From positions 7,564,001-7,628,000 of the forward strand of contig JBHGNT010000007.1 in the NCBI GenBank assembly GCA_043228905.1: DNA of 64,000 nt. The letters are read 5' to 3'. The notes beneath the pieces were generated by a model. That model worked only from the letters and a program-made list of their open reading frames with translations. It did no database searches and was not told the origin of the DNA. This DNA comes from Azolla caroliniana (lineage: Eukaryota > Plantae > Polypodiophyta). Positions within the stretch are counted from its first letter, which is position 1. Every line of letters starts with the position of its first letter. Below, one piece after another: positions 1-12,259 of the stretch. The position numbers and the translations under genes are program-made.

Positions 1-1920
1 TCACTCCTATGGGTGGAGTCGGTTAGTCTTGTCCTCTACCTACAGACTCTAAAGTCTATCCATTGGTAGGTTCTTTGTGAGCATGTCGGATCCATTGTCA
101 TTAGTATGGATCTTCACAAGGGTGAACTCTTCTTCTTCCACTTTCTCCCACAACTAGTGATACCTTCTCTGTATGTGCTTGGTTCGGGAGTGGTACGCAA
201 CTTTGTTTCCTAGATGTATGGCGCTCTAGTTGTGACAATGAAGCAAGAGCTCCCTTTGCTTCATCCCCAACTCACTGAGGAAATTTCTCATCCAGATTAG
301 CTCTTTCCTAGCCTCTACCGCTACCATGTACTCTGCCTCCGTGGTCGAGAAAGCCACAGACTTCTGCAATCGTTACTACCACGACACTGCTCCCCCTGCA
401 TAGGTCGTTACATACCCCGAAGTGGATCGACTTTTGTCTGCATCCCCCGACATGTCCGAGTCGGTAAACCCTTCGAGCATGGGTTTTCCAACACCATACC
501 TAAGGCACACACCTGAGGTGCCTTTTAAGTACCTAAGTATCCATTTTACTATTGCCCAGTGTTCTTTGCTTGGATTACTAATGTATCAACTTACTGCCCC
601 CACAACAAATGCTATGTCTAGTCTCATACAAACCATAATATACATTAAACTGTCGACGGTTGAGGCATACAATACTTTCTTCATCTTAGCCTTTTCTTTC
701 TCCCCTCTCGGGCATTGCTTGGTATTCAACTTGGAGTTGGTTGGCAACACAGAGCCGACTAGCTTTGCCTCCGAGATGGTAAATCTCTCTAGGATCTTCG
801 TCACGTATTTCTCTTGTGACAACCACAATACTTTCTTAGTTCTATCTCGAACTATGTGCATCCCTAAGATCTGCTTTGCTGGTCCAAGATCTTTCATGGC
901 AAACGACTTTCCCAGTGCTTCCTTCAGGCTCACGATCCTCTTCGTCTCTTGTCCCACTATCAACATGTCACCCACATATAATAAGAGAATTAGGAAGTCA
1001 CCTTCATCGTACCTTTTAACAAAGACACGGTGATCAACCTGTGTTTTCTAGAACCTATGTTCCACCATGAAGGATTCAAACTTCTTGTACCATTGGCGTG
1101 GACCTTGTTTCAAGCCATACAAGCTTTTCTTCAGTCGACACACCAGCTTCTCTTTTCCCTTCTCCACAAAGCCTTCGGGTTGCTGCATGTAGATTTCATT
1201 ATCCAGCTCCCCGTGCAAGAATGTTGTCTTGACATCCAACTATTCGATCTCCAGATCCATGCTTGCAGCAATGCTCAGAACAATTCGGATGGATGTCATC
1301 TTCATGATTGGTGCAAATATTTCGTCGAAGTCAACACCCTTTTTCTGTTGGAACCCCTTCACCACAATGTGGGCTTTAAATCTGGGTGTGTTGTCCACTT
1401 CTCTAGTCTTCACCTCGTAGACCCATTTGTTTTTGAGTGTTCTCTTACCTTTCAGTAGTTCTACTAAGTCATAGGTATAGTTGTCATGCAAGGAGTCCAT
1501 CTCATCTTGCATTGCATTCTGCCATTTCTCCTTGTGCTTGTCAGCAATGGCTTCTTCATAGCACTCAAGTTCACCTTCATTAGTCAAGAGGATGTATTGA
1601 CTAGCATATGTCGTCGATGCTCTCCTTTCTCTGAGTGGGTATCTTCTTCCACTGGTTGTCGGCTCTAGCTCGAATGTCTCTGCCGACTCCTCTTGGCTTG
1701 GGTTTATATGTGTCGATCGGTCGTTGAGGATTTATTGATTTCGACTCCTAGTCCTGAATCGACTTCCATAATTCCGCTAACTCCGACTCATCTATGTTGG
1801 TCGGGAGCTCCGAGTTGACCGACTCAGATTCGGTTGTGCCGACTGGCTGTCTCCAAGCAGCCGACTGTGTCGGTTCACTTGGCCTTAAGTCAGCGGTAGT
1901 GGGATTTGACTGGGAAGTCG

Positions 1921-2231
1921 GCGGCAAGCTCAACCAGAGCCGAATCGGCTGAATAAGCTGGAGCCGGTAAGCGAGACGGATCGGGTGAAACGGATCGGTA
2001 TGACGGTGAGCAACCGAAACGGCAAGCTGTGGAGGCCGGGTGCAATCCGTAACCGGAAGTCCAATCAGAAGCCTAGTATAGGATAGACTACTAGGTAGCA
2101 GTAAGTGTCAGATGCTCATGTGAGCATTGAAGTACATGGTACTTCTGTCAGTCCCAAGAGGACTTGTATAAATAGTGCTACTTAGCACAGTGTGTATACA
2201 GAGTCTTGATATAATTTTGAAATTGTGTTCT

Positions 2232-2271
<40 letters not shown>

Positions 2272-2314
2272 TGTTGTTCTCTGTTTTACGCTTCCGCAAA
2301 CACTTACGTTCACA
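1921..2314 (+). repeat. 5' LTR of element A (lacks terminal TGTTGA)
   Basis: Matches 7355-7785 with few substitutions, one ~12-bp indel and a different (CT)n length; contains TATAAATA at ~2167. Confidence 0.95.
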
Positions 2315-2326
2315 TGGTATCAGAGC
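2315..2326 (+). promoter_or_regulatory. Primer-binding site complementary to initiator tRNA-Met
   Basis: TGGTATCAGAGC immediately after the LTR terminal CA. Confidence 0.95.
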
Positions 2327-2402
2327 GCGAGGGTCCTCTGCTGCAGACATTTACTCTTGAGAAGAAAACCCTAACAGGTCGAAAATAGACACAGTAGAAG
2401 AC

Positions 2403-5400
2403 ATGGATAGAGGCATGGCTACGTCGCTCCCGGTGGAGAAGCTCGACAGGAGCAACTACGCATCCTGGTCTTACAAGATGCACCAGTACCTGCTTGGACA
2501 CGGGTACTGGAGTTATGTCGAAGGAGCGAATGATGCGGCGCCAGACACGGCACACAAGGACTTCCCGGTATGGGAACAGGCGGCAAGCAGGGTGATGTAC
2601 TGCTTCGCGTCCAGTGTCGGCAATCAGCTGCTCAGCCACATCCATGATGCCAAGACACCGAAGGATGCTTGGGGGAACCTGAAAAAGGTTTTCGCCGCAA
2701 GCACCACTGCCCGGAAGCTGCAACTCAAACAGGAGTTGAGCAATGTTCGACAGAAGAACATGTCCGTGGCAGACTACACGGGCCGGATAAAGGAGATATG
2801 CGACTCGCTCGCCTCTATCAATGTTACCGTAGAGGAAGACAAGATGGTGCAGGTATGTCTCGGAGGCCTGGCATCCAAGTTCGAAGCGTTCCGGACTGCG
2901 GTGTGTACAAGGGAGAATACCCCCTCATTCTTCGACTTACAGTCGATGCTCCTTGTAGAGGAGAACCATGCGGGTGCATCTACCAGTGCATCCCCGTATA
3001 GCCGAATGTTGTACACGGGAACGGATCAGTTCCGTGAGCGTGGTGGAAGAGGTGGGTCGGCACGCAATGGAGGCGGCCGGCAAGAGCAAGAACGGAGGCA
3101 CTATGAGCGTGCCGACAGTAGTTCCGGGACTTCCACAAGCAGGGGGAGTCAAGGCGGTGCCGAAGGCTGGCAAGATAAATCCGCTACGGAATGCTGGTAC
3201 TGTGGCAAAAAAGGCCACAGGGAAAGCGAGTGCTGGAGAAAGCATGCCGATTCGGACAAATCCGGATCCGGCAAGACCGGTAAGGATGGCCGGCAAAACT
3301 CGCACTACGCAAACATATCATGAGGATCCGGAACCGGAAAGGCCGGTAAGGGGCCAGCCTTGGTGATGAATCACAAGGCAAACTCAATGAAGAAGACCAC
3401 TTCCAAAACGGAGGAAGTGTGGTATGTTGATTCCGGCGCGTCGAACCGCATGACGAGCCACAAAGAGTGGTTCTCCTTTCTGGAGAAACCGGATCAACCA
3501 GGAGTAGTCGAAACCGGAGACGACACTCCTCACCCAATCGTGCACGTCGGAAAAGTCCCTCTAAGCCACGTCGGACAAAAAGGGAAGCTGATGAACGTAT
3601 TACACGTTCCGACAATCACGAAGAACCTGGTGTCCGTCGGTCACATTGAGGATGAGGGCGAAGTCATTGTGCAAGGGCGCAGAGACGGGAGGATGTTTAT
3701 CCTCGACACCAATGACTTTGGCACCGCTCTGTTTGCGAAACGACAGAAGGTCGAGTCGGACATCGACCTGTGGCACAAGCGGATAGGCCACGTCAACTAC
3801 CGGAGGCTTCAAGACCTGCAAACGAAACACGTCGTTTTCGGTTTGCCGAAGTTCAGCGGCCGGAGAGCCGAAATCTATGAAGCCTGCCAACTTGGGAAGC
3901 AACACCGGCTTCCATTCCCCACCGAACGGAACCAGAGCCGTAACAAGCTCGATCTCATCCATTCGGATGTGTGGGGACCGGCACAAAGTGTAAGCCTTGG
4001 CGGGAGCCGATACTTCGTCTCCTTCATCGACGACTATACTCGACATACTTGGATCTACCTCATTGAGCAGAAGAGCGAAGTCTTCGACTGTTTCCGGAGC
4101 CTCCAGAAGATGGTGGAAAGGGAATCGGTCGGATGGTGGAAAGGAATATTTTTCCGGTCAATTCACTAGTTATCTGCAACAGAAGGGAATTCGGCGAGAG
4201 TTCAGCTGCAGATACACACCGAAGCAAAACGGTGTGGCCGAAAGGAAGAATCAGACACTCGTCGAAGCGGCAAGGGCAATGCTGGAGGAAAAGAGCATGC
4301 CCCGGTTCTATTGGGCGGAGACGGTTCAGACAGTCGTCTACATACAAAACCGCATTGGTGACAAGGTGTCAGCTCATGAGCTATATTTCGGGCGCAAGCC
4401 GAACTTAAGACACCTTCGGATATTCGGCAGCATAGCGTATGTGCATGTGCCGGATCAGAAGCGGAGAAAGCTGGATGCAAAATCGGAAAAATGCATCCTA
4501 GTTGGCTATGCTCAAGAGCAAAAGGGGTATAAGTGCTATAACCCCCGGACGAAGGAAGTCTGAGTTAGCCGGGATGTCGAGTTCGATGAATCGGCATCCT
4601 GGTACTCCGTACCGACTCCGACTTCCGATCCCGACCCAATGTCGGAAGATCAGGCCAGTGAGCCTGAATCAGCCCTGGCAGAGGATGATGAAGCCGGGAC
4701 TCAAGATGAGAGTCCGGAATCGTTTCGGTTGAGTGGACCGAACGAGCGACTGAGTCGGTTGGACTAGTCGGATGAAGAGACGACAAGTGGTGGAGACTCT
4801 GCCGTGCTCTCCCCGCGCAAGGAGCCGAGGAAACGGTTCACGCGCAAAGAGAAGGGGAAGAGGAAGATGCCGGAATTCGAAACCAGCAACGATGAATCGG
4901 ATCGGTGCGTATCCGACTCCGGAAAGGAGAAAGGCAGATCTTCGGCAACGAAGACCGAACTGGCCAAGAAGGGCCTCAAATCAGGTGACGGTGCGTTGCG
5001 CCAATCAACCCGTCAGAAGGATCCCGTCATGCGGTACGGGTACAATGAATACATGGCGCATCATTATGCGTACATGACTAAGGTGACAGAAGTGCGTGAG
5101 CCGGAGAGCTACGCAGAAGCGGCAAAGGACGCAAATTGGCGTGCCGCTATGGACGAAGAAATGCGGGCACTCGATGCCAACGAAACTTGGGACCTAGTTG
5201 ATCCTCCCCGTCATTGTAAACCGATCGGCTGCAAGTGGGTGTACAAGGTCAAGTACAACGCCGACGGTTCTGTTAACTGGTACAAAGCCCGGTTAGTGGC
5301 GAAGGGATACGCGCAGACCCACGGAATCGACTACGACGAGACCTTCGCTCCTGTGGCGAAGATGACAACGGTTCGTGTGGTACTGGCGGTTGCTGCGGCA

Positions 5401-7354
5401 AGGGGGTGGCATCTTCACCAGATGGATGTGAAGAACGCCTTCCTTCAAGGCGAGCTTGAAGAAGAAGTCTTTATGACTCAGCCCCCTCAGATTTCAATCG
5501 GAGATGAACAAGTCGGCGGTATGCCGACTGAAGAAGTCGCTTTACGGCTTGAAGCAAGCCCCCCGAGCTTGGAACGCGAAGATCACGCACCGGTTGCATA
5601 AGTTGGGGTTTGTTGTCTCTAAGTCGGACTCTTCGTTGTTCATTCGGCAAGGCTCTGACGGTCCGGTATGTATACTCTTGTATGTGGATGATTTAGTCAT
5701 CACCGGACCGGGTCTTCCCGAAATCAACCGCGTCAAGTCCCAGTTGTCGGACGCATTCGAAATGAAGGACCTGGGGGACCTTCATTATTTTCATGGGATC
5801 AAAGTGATCCGGACCCCCGACGGCATATTGCTCTCACAACGACATTACGTGTTGAATATGTTGTATAAGTTCGGCATGACAGATTGCCGACCTGTCTCCA
5901 CACCCCTGGACCGGACCCAGAAGCTCCGTCCCAACTCCGGACCGGCCTGCAATGAGAAACGGTTCCGACAGGTTGTCGGAAGCCTGATCTACTTAACCAT
6001 CACCCGACCCGACATCAACTATCCGGTCGGCATGGTAAGCCAGTTCATGCAGAAGCCGACCGTGGAGCACCTTCAGTGCGCGCAACGAATATTACAGTAT
6101 GTCAGCGGCACTAAGGACCGGGGACTGCTATACCGGCGAGGTATACCCGAAGAGCTTGTCGGTTACACAGATGCTGACTGGGCCGGCGATGCGTCTGATC
6201 GCCGCTCCACTTCCGAATACATGTTTTCAATAGGTAGCGCGGCCGTTGCGTGGAGCAGCAAGAAGCAGCCCACAGTGGCTTTGTCAAGCACTGAAGCTGA
6301 GTACCGAGCTGCTACCGTTGCCACTTGTGAAGCCATTTGGCTTCGGCGACTGCTGCGAGACTTGCGGATCGAGGTACCGACCCCGATCCCGATTTACTGC
6401 GATAACATGAGCAGCCTGCAGCTCGCCAGGAACCCTATGTTCCATGCTCACACAAAGCACATTGAGGTGCACTGCCACTTCGTGCGTGAGCGGGTCCTGA
6501 GCGGTGAAGTTGACCTACAGTATGTTCATACGGATCGGCAAGTTGCCAACATCTTCACCAAGCCGCTCGGATCGGACAAGTTGCAGCACTTTACCGACAT
6601 GCTTGGTATTCAGCATCTCGACGTGCCGCACTTGAGGGAGAGAAGCAAGGGCAAAGTCTCTACCGAAACGGGGAAAGGCCAAAAAACTGTTGAACCCGTC
6701 GGTAAGAGGAGAGCCGGAAGAAGAGGAGACAAGAAGATGAAGGAAGCCGAGTCGACGAAGGTCGGAGCAAGCAGCTGTGAAGAAGTGTTGTGCACTCAGG
6801 AAGAGAAGTGCATGCTGTGCGGAGGTCATCACGACGGTACTGACCATGATGCAGAGTCGAATGAAGAATTCGATTTCGGTTCACCGGCTGAAGAAGCCGA
6901 GGGAAGCATGGAGAAGGCCAAGACTCGGAAGTGGTCCGATGTGGTGAGAGGCCTGAAGCCGGAAGTCGAATCGGAGTGTACCGATTCGGACAAGAGCTGG
7001 AACGGGCCGGAGATAGCTGACTCGGATCAACAGATGGATCCGGATGAGTCGGATCGACTGAAGGCCAAGGGGACACAGACACAACAGAAGTCGATGCCAT
7101 CGTGGGAGAACCGACGGATCGGCAAGCGCCGTAGTCACAGCAACGTGAGTGCTGAGATGGGCCTATTGAGCAGACATGCCGACCGAGAGGGTCGAGGCGT
7201 GCAAAACCAAAGGGGTCACGGCAAACGGGACCGGACCGGACGAGGAGTGCGAGCAAGGCGGAGTGACGCCAGGAGAAGTCGGTTGGAAGAACCGACTGCC
7301 ACAGAGGTCGACACTACAACCCCACCTCAGGTTGAGCTTGAGGGGGAGTGTTGA
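2403..7354 (+). pseudogene. Disrupted copia gag-pol polyprotein
   Basis: Gag with CWYCGKKGHRESEC knuckle (2403-3323), [68 protein letters not shown]. Frameshifts near 3320, 4125 and 5490; stop at 4561. Confidence 0.93.
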
Positions 7355-7676
7355 GCGGCAAGCTCAACCAGAGCCGGATCGGCTGAATAAGCCGGAGCCG
7401 GTAAGCGAGACAGATCGGGCGAAACGGATCGGTATGACGGTGAGCAACCGAACCGGCAAGCAGTGGAGGCCGGGTGCAATCCGTAACCGGAAGTCCAATC
7501 GGAAGCCTAGTATAGGATAGACTACTAGGTAGCTATAGTCTCGTAGTATGTGTCAGATGCTCATGTGAGCATTGAAGTACATGGTACTTCTGTCAGTCCC
7601 AAGAGGACTTGTATAAATAGTGCTACTTAGCACAGTGTGTATACAGAGTCTTGATATAATTTTGAAATTGTGTTCT

Positions 7677-7735
<59 letters not shown>

Positions 7736-7785
7736 CTCTCTCTGTTGTTCTCTGTTTTATGCTTCCGCAAACACTTACGTTCACA
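7349..7785 (+). repeat. 3' LTR of element A
   Basis: Starts TGTTGAGC directly after the PPT (7340-7348) and ends TTCACA. Confidence 0.95.
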
Positions 7786-9963
7786 TGCCGACTTACTGTC
7801 TCCAAGCAGCCAACTGTGTCGGTTCACTTGGCCTTAAGTCGGCGGTAGTGGGATTTGACTGGGAAGTCGCTTCTAACTTTTGTTACTTCCAGTCCTCAAT
7901 CGTTTTGTCTTCCAAGAAAACTACGTCCCAACTCCTCACTACCTTCTTGTCGACTAAGTCCCACAGGCTGTAGCGAACTCATCCTAAGAGTATCCCATAA
8001 GTATACATGATTTCGACTTACTGTTGAGCTTCAACCTCTGATCCTTTGCAACATGCATATACACGAAGCATCCAAACACCCTCAGGTGTCGATAGGAGAC
8101 ATCCTTTCCTGTCCACACCCTTTGTGGGACATCACCTTTCAGTGGTACTAAAGGGGGTAGGGGGTTTGTTGATCAAGTACACAATTGTGTACATTGCCTC
8201 AGCCCAATACGATTTCGGTAGTTTAACATGAGAGAGCATGCTCCTTACTCTCTCCATGATTGTTCGATTCATCCTCTCTGCAAGCCCGTTCAGCTCAGGG
8301 GTCTTTAGTACAATGTATTCGATTTGAATACCCTAGGCCTTGCAGTATCCCTAAAATTGCCCTTTATATTCGCCACCATTGTCTGTTCGGACAGCCTTCA
8401 ACTTCCGACCTGACACCCGTTCAATTCTAGCTTGGAAATCCTTAAACATTAATAGTACTTGATCCTTCGACTTCTACACGAAGGCCCGTGTCTTTCAACT
8501 AAAGTCGTCAATAAACGTTATGAAGTACTGTCCACCTCGATGTGATGGAGCATATACATAGCACACATCCATGTGTACTAGTTCTAGTGTAGCTTCTCTT
8601 CTTCTTGGTGGTCTTGTGTGGAATGTTGTCCTGTTTTGCTTTCCGACTAAGCAGTCGACACACTTCTCCAAGTGTACTCCTTTCACTTCTGGGAGAAGTT
8701 CTTGCACAACTAGGATGTGCATTCCTTTCTCACTCATATGGTCACGTCTCTTGTGGCATAGCTCTCCACTCGAGTCAGCTGCCACACTCCCTTCCGATTT
8801 GCACAGCCAAGCATGCATCATGTATAGTGTGCCTTATTTCTGTGCTTTGGTCACTATGAGGTTTCCACGGCAGAATTTCTACTTGCCATTTCGAAAACTA
8901 CCACTGTACCCTTCGTCGTCCAATCTTCTAGTCGATATCAGATTCAATCTGATATCAAGGACATGTCGAAGTTCCCTCAGTATTAGTCGACAACCAGTCG
9001 ACGTCGTGAGGCACACGCTTCCAATGTCGGCTATCATGCACTCTCCATGATCTCCCATCTTTACATAGCCATGATCCCTAGCAATGTAAGTCAAAAAACA
9101 CTCTCTTCTCTTGATGGATTTATATGGAATGATGCACCCGAATCGATTACCCAGGCGCACTCTTCGCTTGCAAGATTTGTGCTTGCCTGCTCACAAATGA
9201 ACAGGATCTCCTCTGCACTCGTAGCCACGGCCGATGTGCTCTTTTCATTAGGAATCTTCTTGGGTTCAACATTATTGCCGACACTCTTGTCCTTCTTAAG
9301 ATGTCAGCAGTCCTTCTAAAAGTGTCCAAGCTTTCCACAATAGAAGCATGTTAGCTTACCTTTGGACTTGGATCAGGCATGGGACTTTTCTCTCCTTTAG
9401 GGACTCCTTTTCCAGTTCCTTCCTCTGTCGGTATGTTCAGTCAAATTTTACTCCGACTGCGACAGGACACTCTTGTCCTTCCTTCTTGTCTCCTCGTTCA
9501 AGATGCCTCTCTTTACCGTTTGTAGAGACAAGTTCTCTTCTTGACATGAGGTGCTGAGAGTTACCACCAGGTTCTCCCAGCAAGGTACACAATAGTAGGA
9601 TGGCTTGCATTGCATCTTCAAGGGGAAACTTAGTTGTTGCAAGTTGGTTCACATACCCCATGAATGTGCTTACGTGTTCAACTATGCTTTCCTTGACCTT
9701 GTATTGAACACGTATGCTTTCCTTGTCCCTGTATTTCAGCCTCACGATCTTCCTCATCAGAGATGTTTTATTCAGGGCGTTCTTCCTCGCATATAAGCCT
9801 GAGAGTTTTTGCCACATCTCATAGGAATTTGTGTTGTGTGCTACATGTTGAAGGACACTTACATCGACGCATTGTCGGATGGTGGCCACCGCCTATCTAT
9901 TAAGAAGTTTCCATTCCGACTCTAATACCCCCCGTGACTATCAGAAGATCCTCCATCTTTATC

Positions 9964-10262
9964 TATCATGATATGACAAGATTCGAAACCATGACCTTAT
10001 GTTACATGGGTCGAGCCCTTGCCATTATACTATATATTGTAATGCGAAGGATATTATTTTCATTTATTATTTCACATAGAAAATTGATTTATATTTCCAA
10101 ATTTCTCTGGAACATTCTAGAAACTTCAGGAGTACTCCTGAAAACACTATAAAAGGGGGGACAAGGCATTATTTCGAACCAAATCAGTTCAACGCCAGTC
10201 TTAAGCCTCATAGTTATTCTTGTACTTACTCTTCATATAATATAATATATCTTTTGTTATCA

Positions 10263-10318
<56 letters not shown>

Positions 10319-11911
10319 GTTCTACGCCCTTTTCTCTCTCTTAGTACTAATTCGCATCTTTTAGTACTAATTCCCTCTCTGTCTTAGTACTGTTCCCGAC
10401 AGCTTGCTTCATATAATATAATATATCTTTTGTTATCATCATTCTCTCTCTCTCTCTCTCTCATGAGTTCTACACCATTTTCTCTCTCTTAGTACTAATT
10501 CGCATCTTTTAGTACTAATTCCCTCTTTGTCTTAGTACTATTCTTGATAGTTTGAACCGATTTTTTGCCTCATCCTCTTACCCCTCCTTCCTTTTATACT
10601 AATCCTCTTATCCTCCCTAGTAAAATGGCAACTATTAGCGCTCAGGAATACCAATTTGTTTTCTCAAAGCTTCAGTGCTTAAAAGAGAAGTTTGTAGCAC
10701 TAAAACAAGAAAATCATTGTCTGTTGGGGGATCTTCAACAAATAGCTTTAGAAAAACAACAAGAACACGAGGAGCTGACGTTACGTGTACAACAACTTGA
10801 AGCGACTATTGTATCACTACAACAAGGATCAAGCGCTCAAGGGACTCACAAAGAACCCAAGATCAGACTTCCTATGAAATTTGATGGGACTCAATGACAA
10901 TGCTTAAAAGAGAAGTTTGTAGCACTAGAACAAGAAAATCACCATCTGTTGGGGGATTTTCAACAAATAGCTTTAGAAAAACAACAACACGGGGAGCTGA
11001 CGTTACGTATACAACAACTTGAAGCGGCTATTGTATCACTACAACAACAAGGATCAAACGATCAAGGGACTCACAAAGAACCCAAGATCGGACTTCCTAT
11101 GAACTTTGATGGGACCCAATCACAGTTCAAAGGTTTTCTTAATCAGGTACGCTTAGTGATTCAAATGCATCCTTCTCGATATCCCACTGATGCATCACGA
11201 GTAAGACTACTAGGCAAGCTACTTAGTGGCACGGCTTTGGCATGGTTCGCCCCCCTGTTAGAAAAAAACTCTCCCTTGTTAAATAATTTCAAAGAGTTTA
11301 TTACTGAGTTTAAAGCCTGTTTTGGAGATACCGACAATGTTAGGACGACAATCAACAAAATCCGAAGGTTGTGCCAAGGTGAGTGGCCAACCTCGGCTTA
11401 TGCTGTGGATTTCCTTCTTCTCGCCACTGATATTCCCTGGGATGACCAGGCATTAATGGAGCAATTTCGTTTTGGCCTACGTAATGATGTCAAGGATTTA
11501 CTCTTAACTTTCCCCAAAGAGCCAAAGTCATTGACAAAAGCAACCAGTTGCGTGGTGCGATGCGATAACCGCCTTTTCGAACGACGTTCGGAACATCAAT
11601 TCCAGATGCCAAAGACAAGATCAAAGCCCACCTACACCTCAATTGTAGCAAAAACTTTTCCAAGGGAGTCATATAATGTGTCTCCAGCAAATACTCCAAC
11701 ACTGATGGAAATCGACACCACATGTCGTCACGGACCATTATCGGAAGAGGAAAAGCAGCAACGCCGACCAAATTGACTATGTCTCTATTGCGGTGAACCA
11801 GAGTATATTGCGGTGAACTGTCAAGAACAATACTAAGACAAAGAGGGAATTAGTACTAAAAGAAGAGAATTAGTACTAAGAGAGAGAAAAGGGTGTAGAA
11901 CTCATGAGAGA

Positions 11912-11965
<54 letters not shown>

Positions 11966-12259
11966 TTATAACAAAAGATATATTATATTATATGAAGAGT
12001 AAGTACAAGAATAGTTATGAGGCTTAAGACTGGCGTTGAACCGATTTGGTTCAAAATAATGTCTTGTGCCTCCTTTTATAGTGTTTTCAGGAGTGCTCCT
12101 GAAGTTTCTAGAATGTTCCAAAGAAATCTAGAAATATACATCAATTTTCTAGAGTGAAATAGAAAATAATATCCTTCGTATTACAATATATAGTCTAATG
12201 ACAAGGGCTTGACCCATGTAACATAAGGTCATGGGTTCGAATCTTGCCATATCATGGCA
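9964..12259 (+). mobile_element. Ty3/gypsy-derived (Tcn1/Tf1-like) gag-only unit with inverted LTRs and TSD TTATC
   Basis: LTR 9964-10401 (+) and its reverse complement at 11819-12259. TTATC at 9959-9963 and 12260-12264. Host gag reads through (…DxKI|KMEDLL…) when the unit is removed. Confidence 0.88.
10565..11821 (+). pseudogene. Ty3/gypsy capsid (gag) with CCHC knuckle remnant and an internal ~220-bp tandem duplication
   Basis: EPKIGLPMNFDGTQSQFKGFLNQVRL, LLSGTALAWFAPL, QFRFGLRNDVKD, PTLMEID, then LCLYCGEPEYIAVNC after a stop. 10675-10895 is repeated at ~10899-11120. Confidence 0.85.

Larger units (their letters stand above)
1921..7785 (+). mobile_element. Near full-length Ty1/copia LTR retrotransposon ('A') nested in host B
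   Basis: Direct LTRs 1921-2314 and 7349-7785 (TGTTGA...CACA), PBS TGGTATCAGAGC, PPT GAGGGGGAG, and gag-PR-INT-RT-RH motifs in order. Confidence 0.97.

Noticed and set aside
11786-11818. 13-bp direct repeat TATTGCGGTGAAC as an insertion footprint
   Set aside because: Both copies are ordinary codons of the CCHC knuckle (YCGE / IAVN).
9964-12259. DIRS/tyrosine-recombinase element or DNA transposon with long TIRs
   Set aside because: The repeats have LTR anatomy (TG..CA-type ends, TATA, PBS), there is a 5-bp TSD and a gypsy gag, and no YR or transposase is present.
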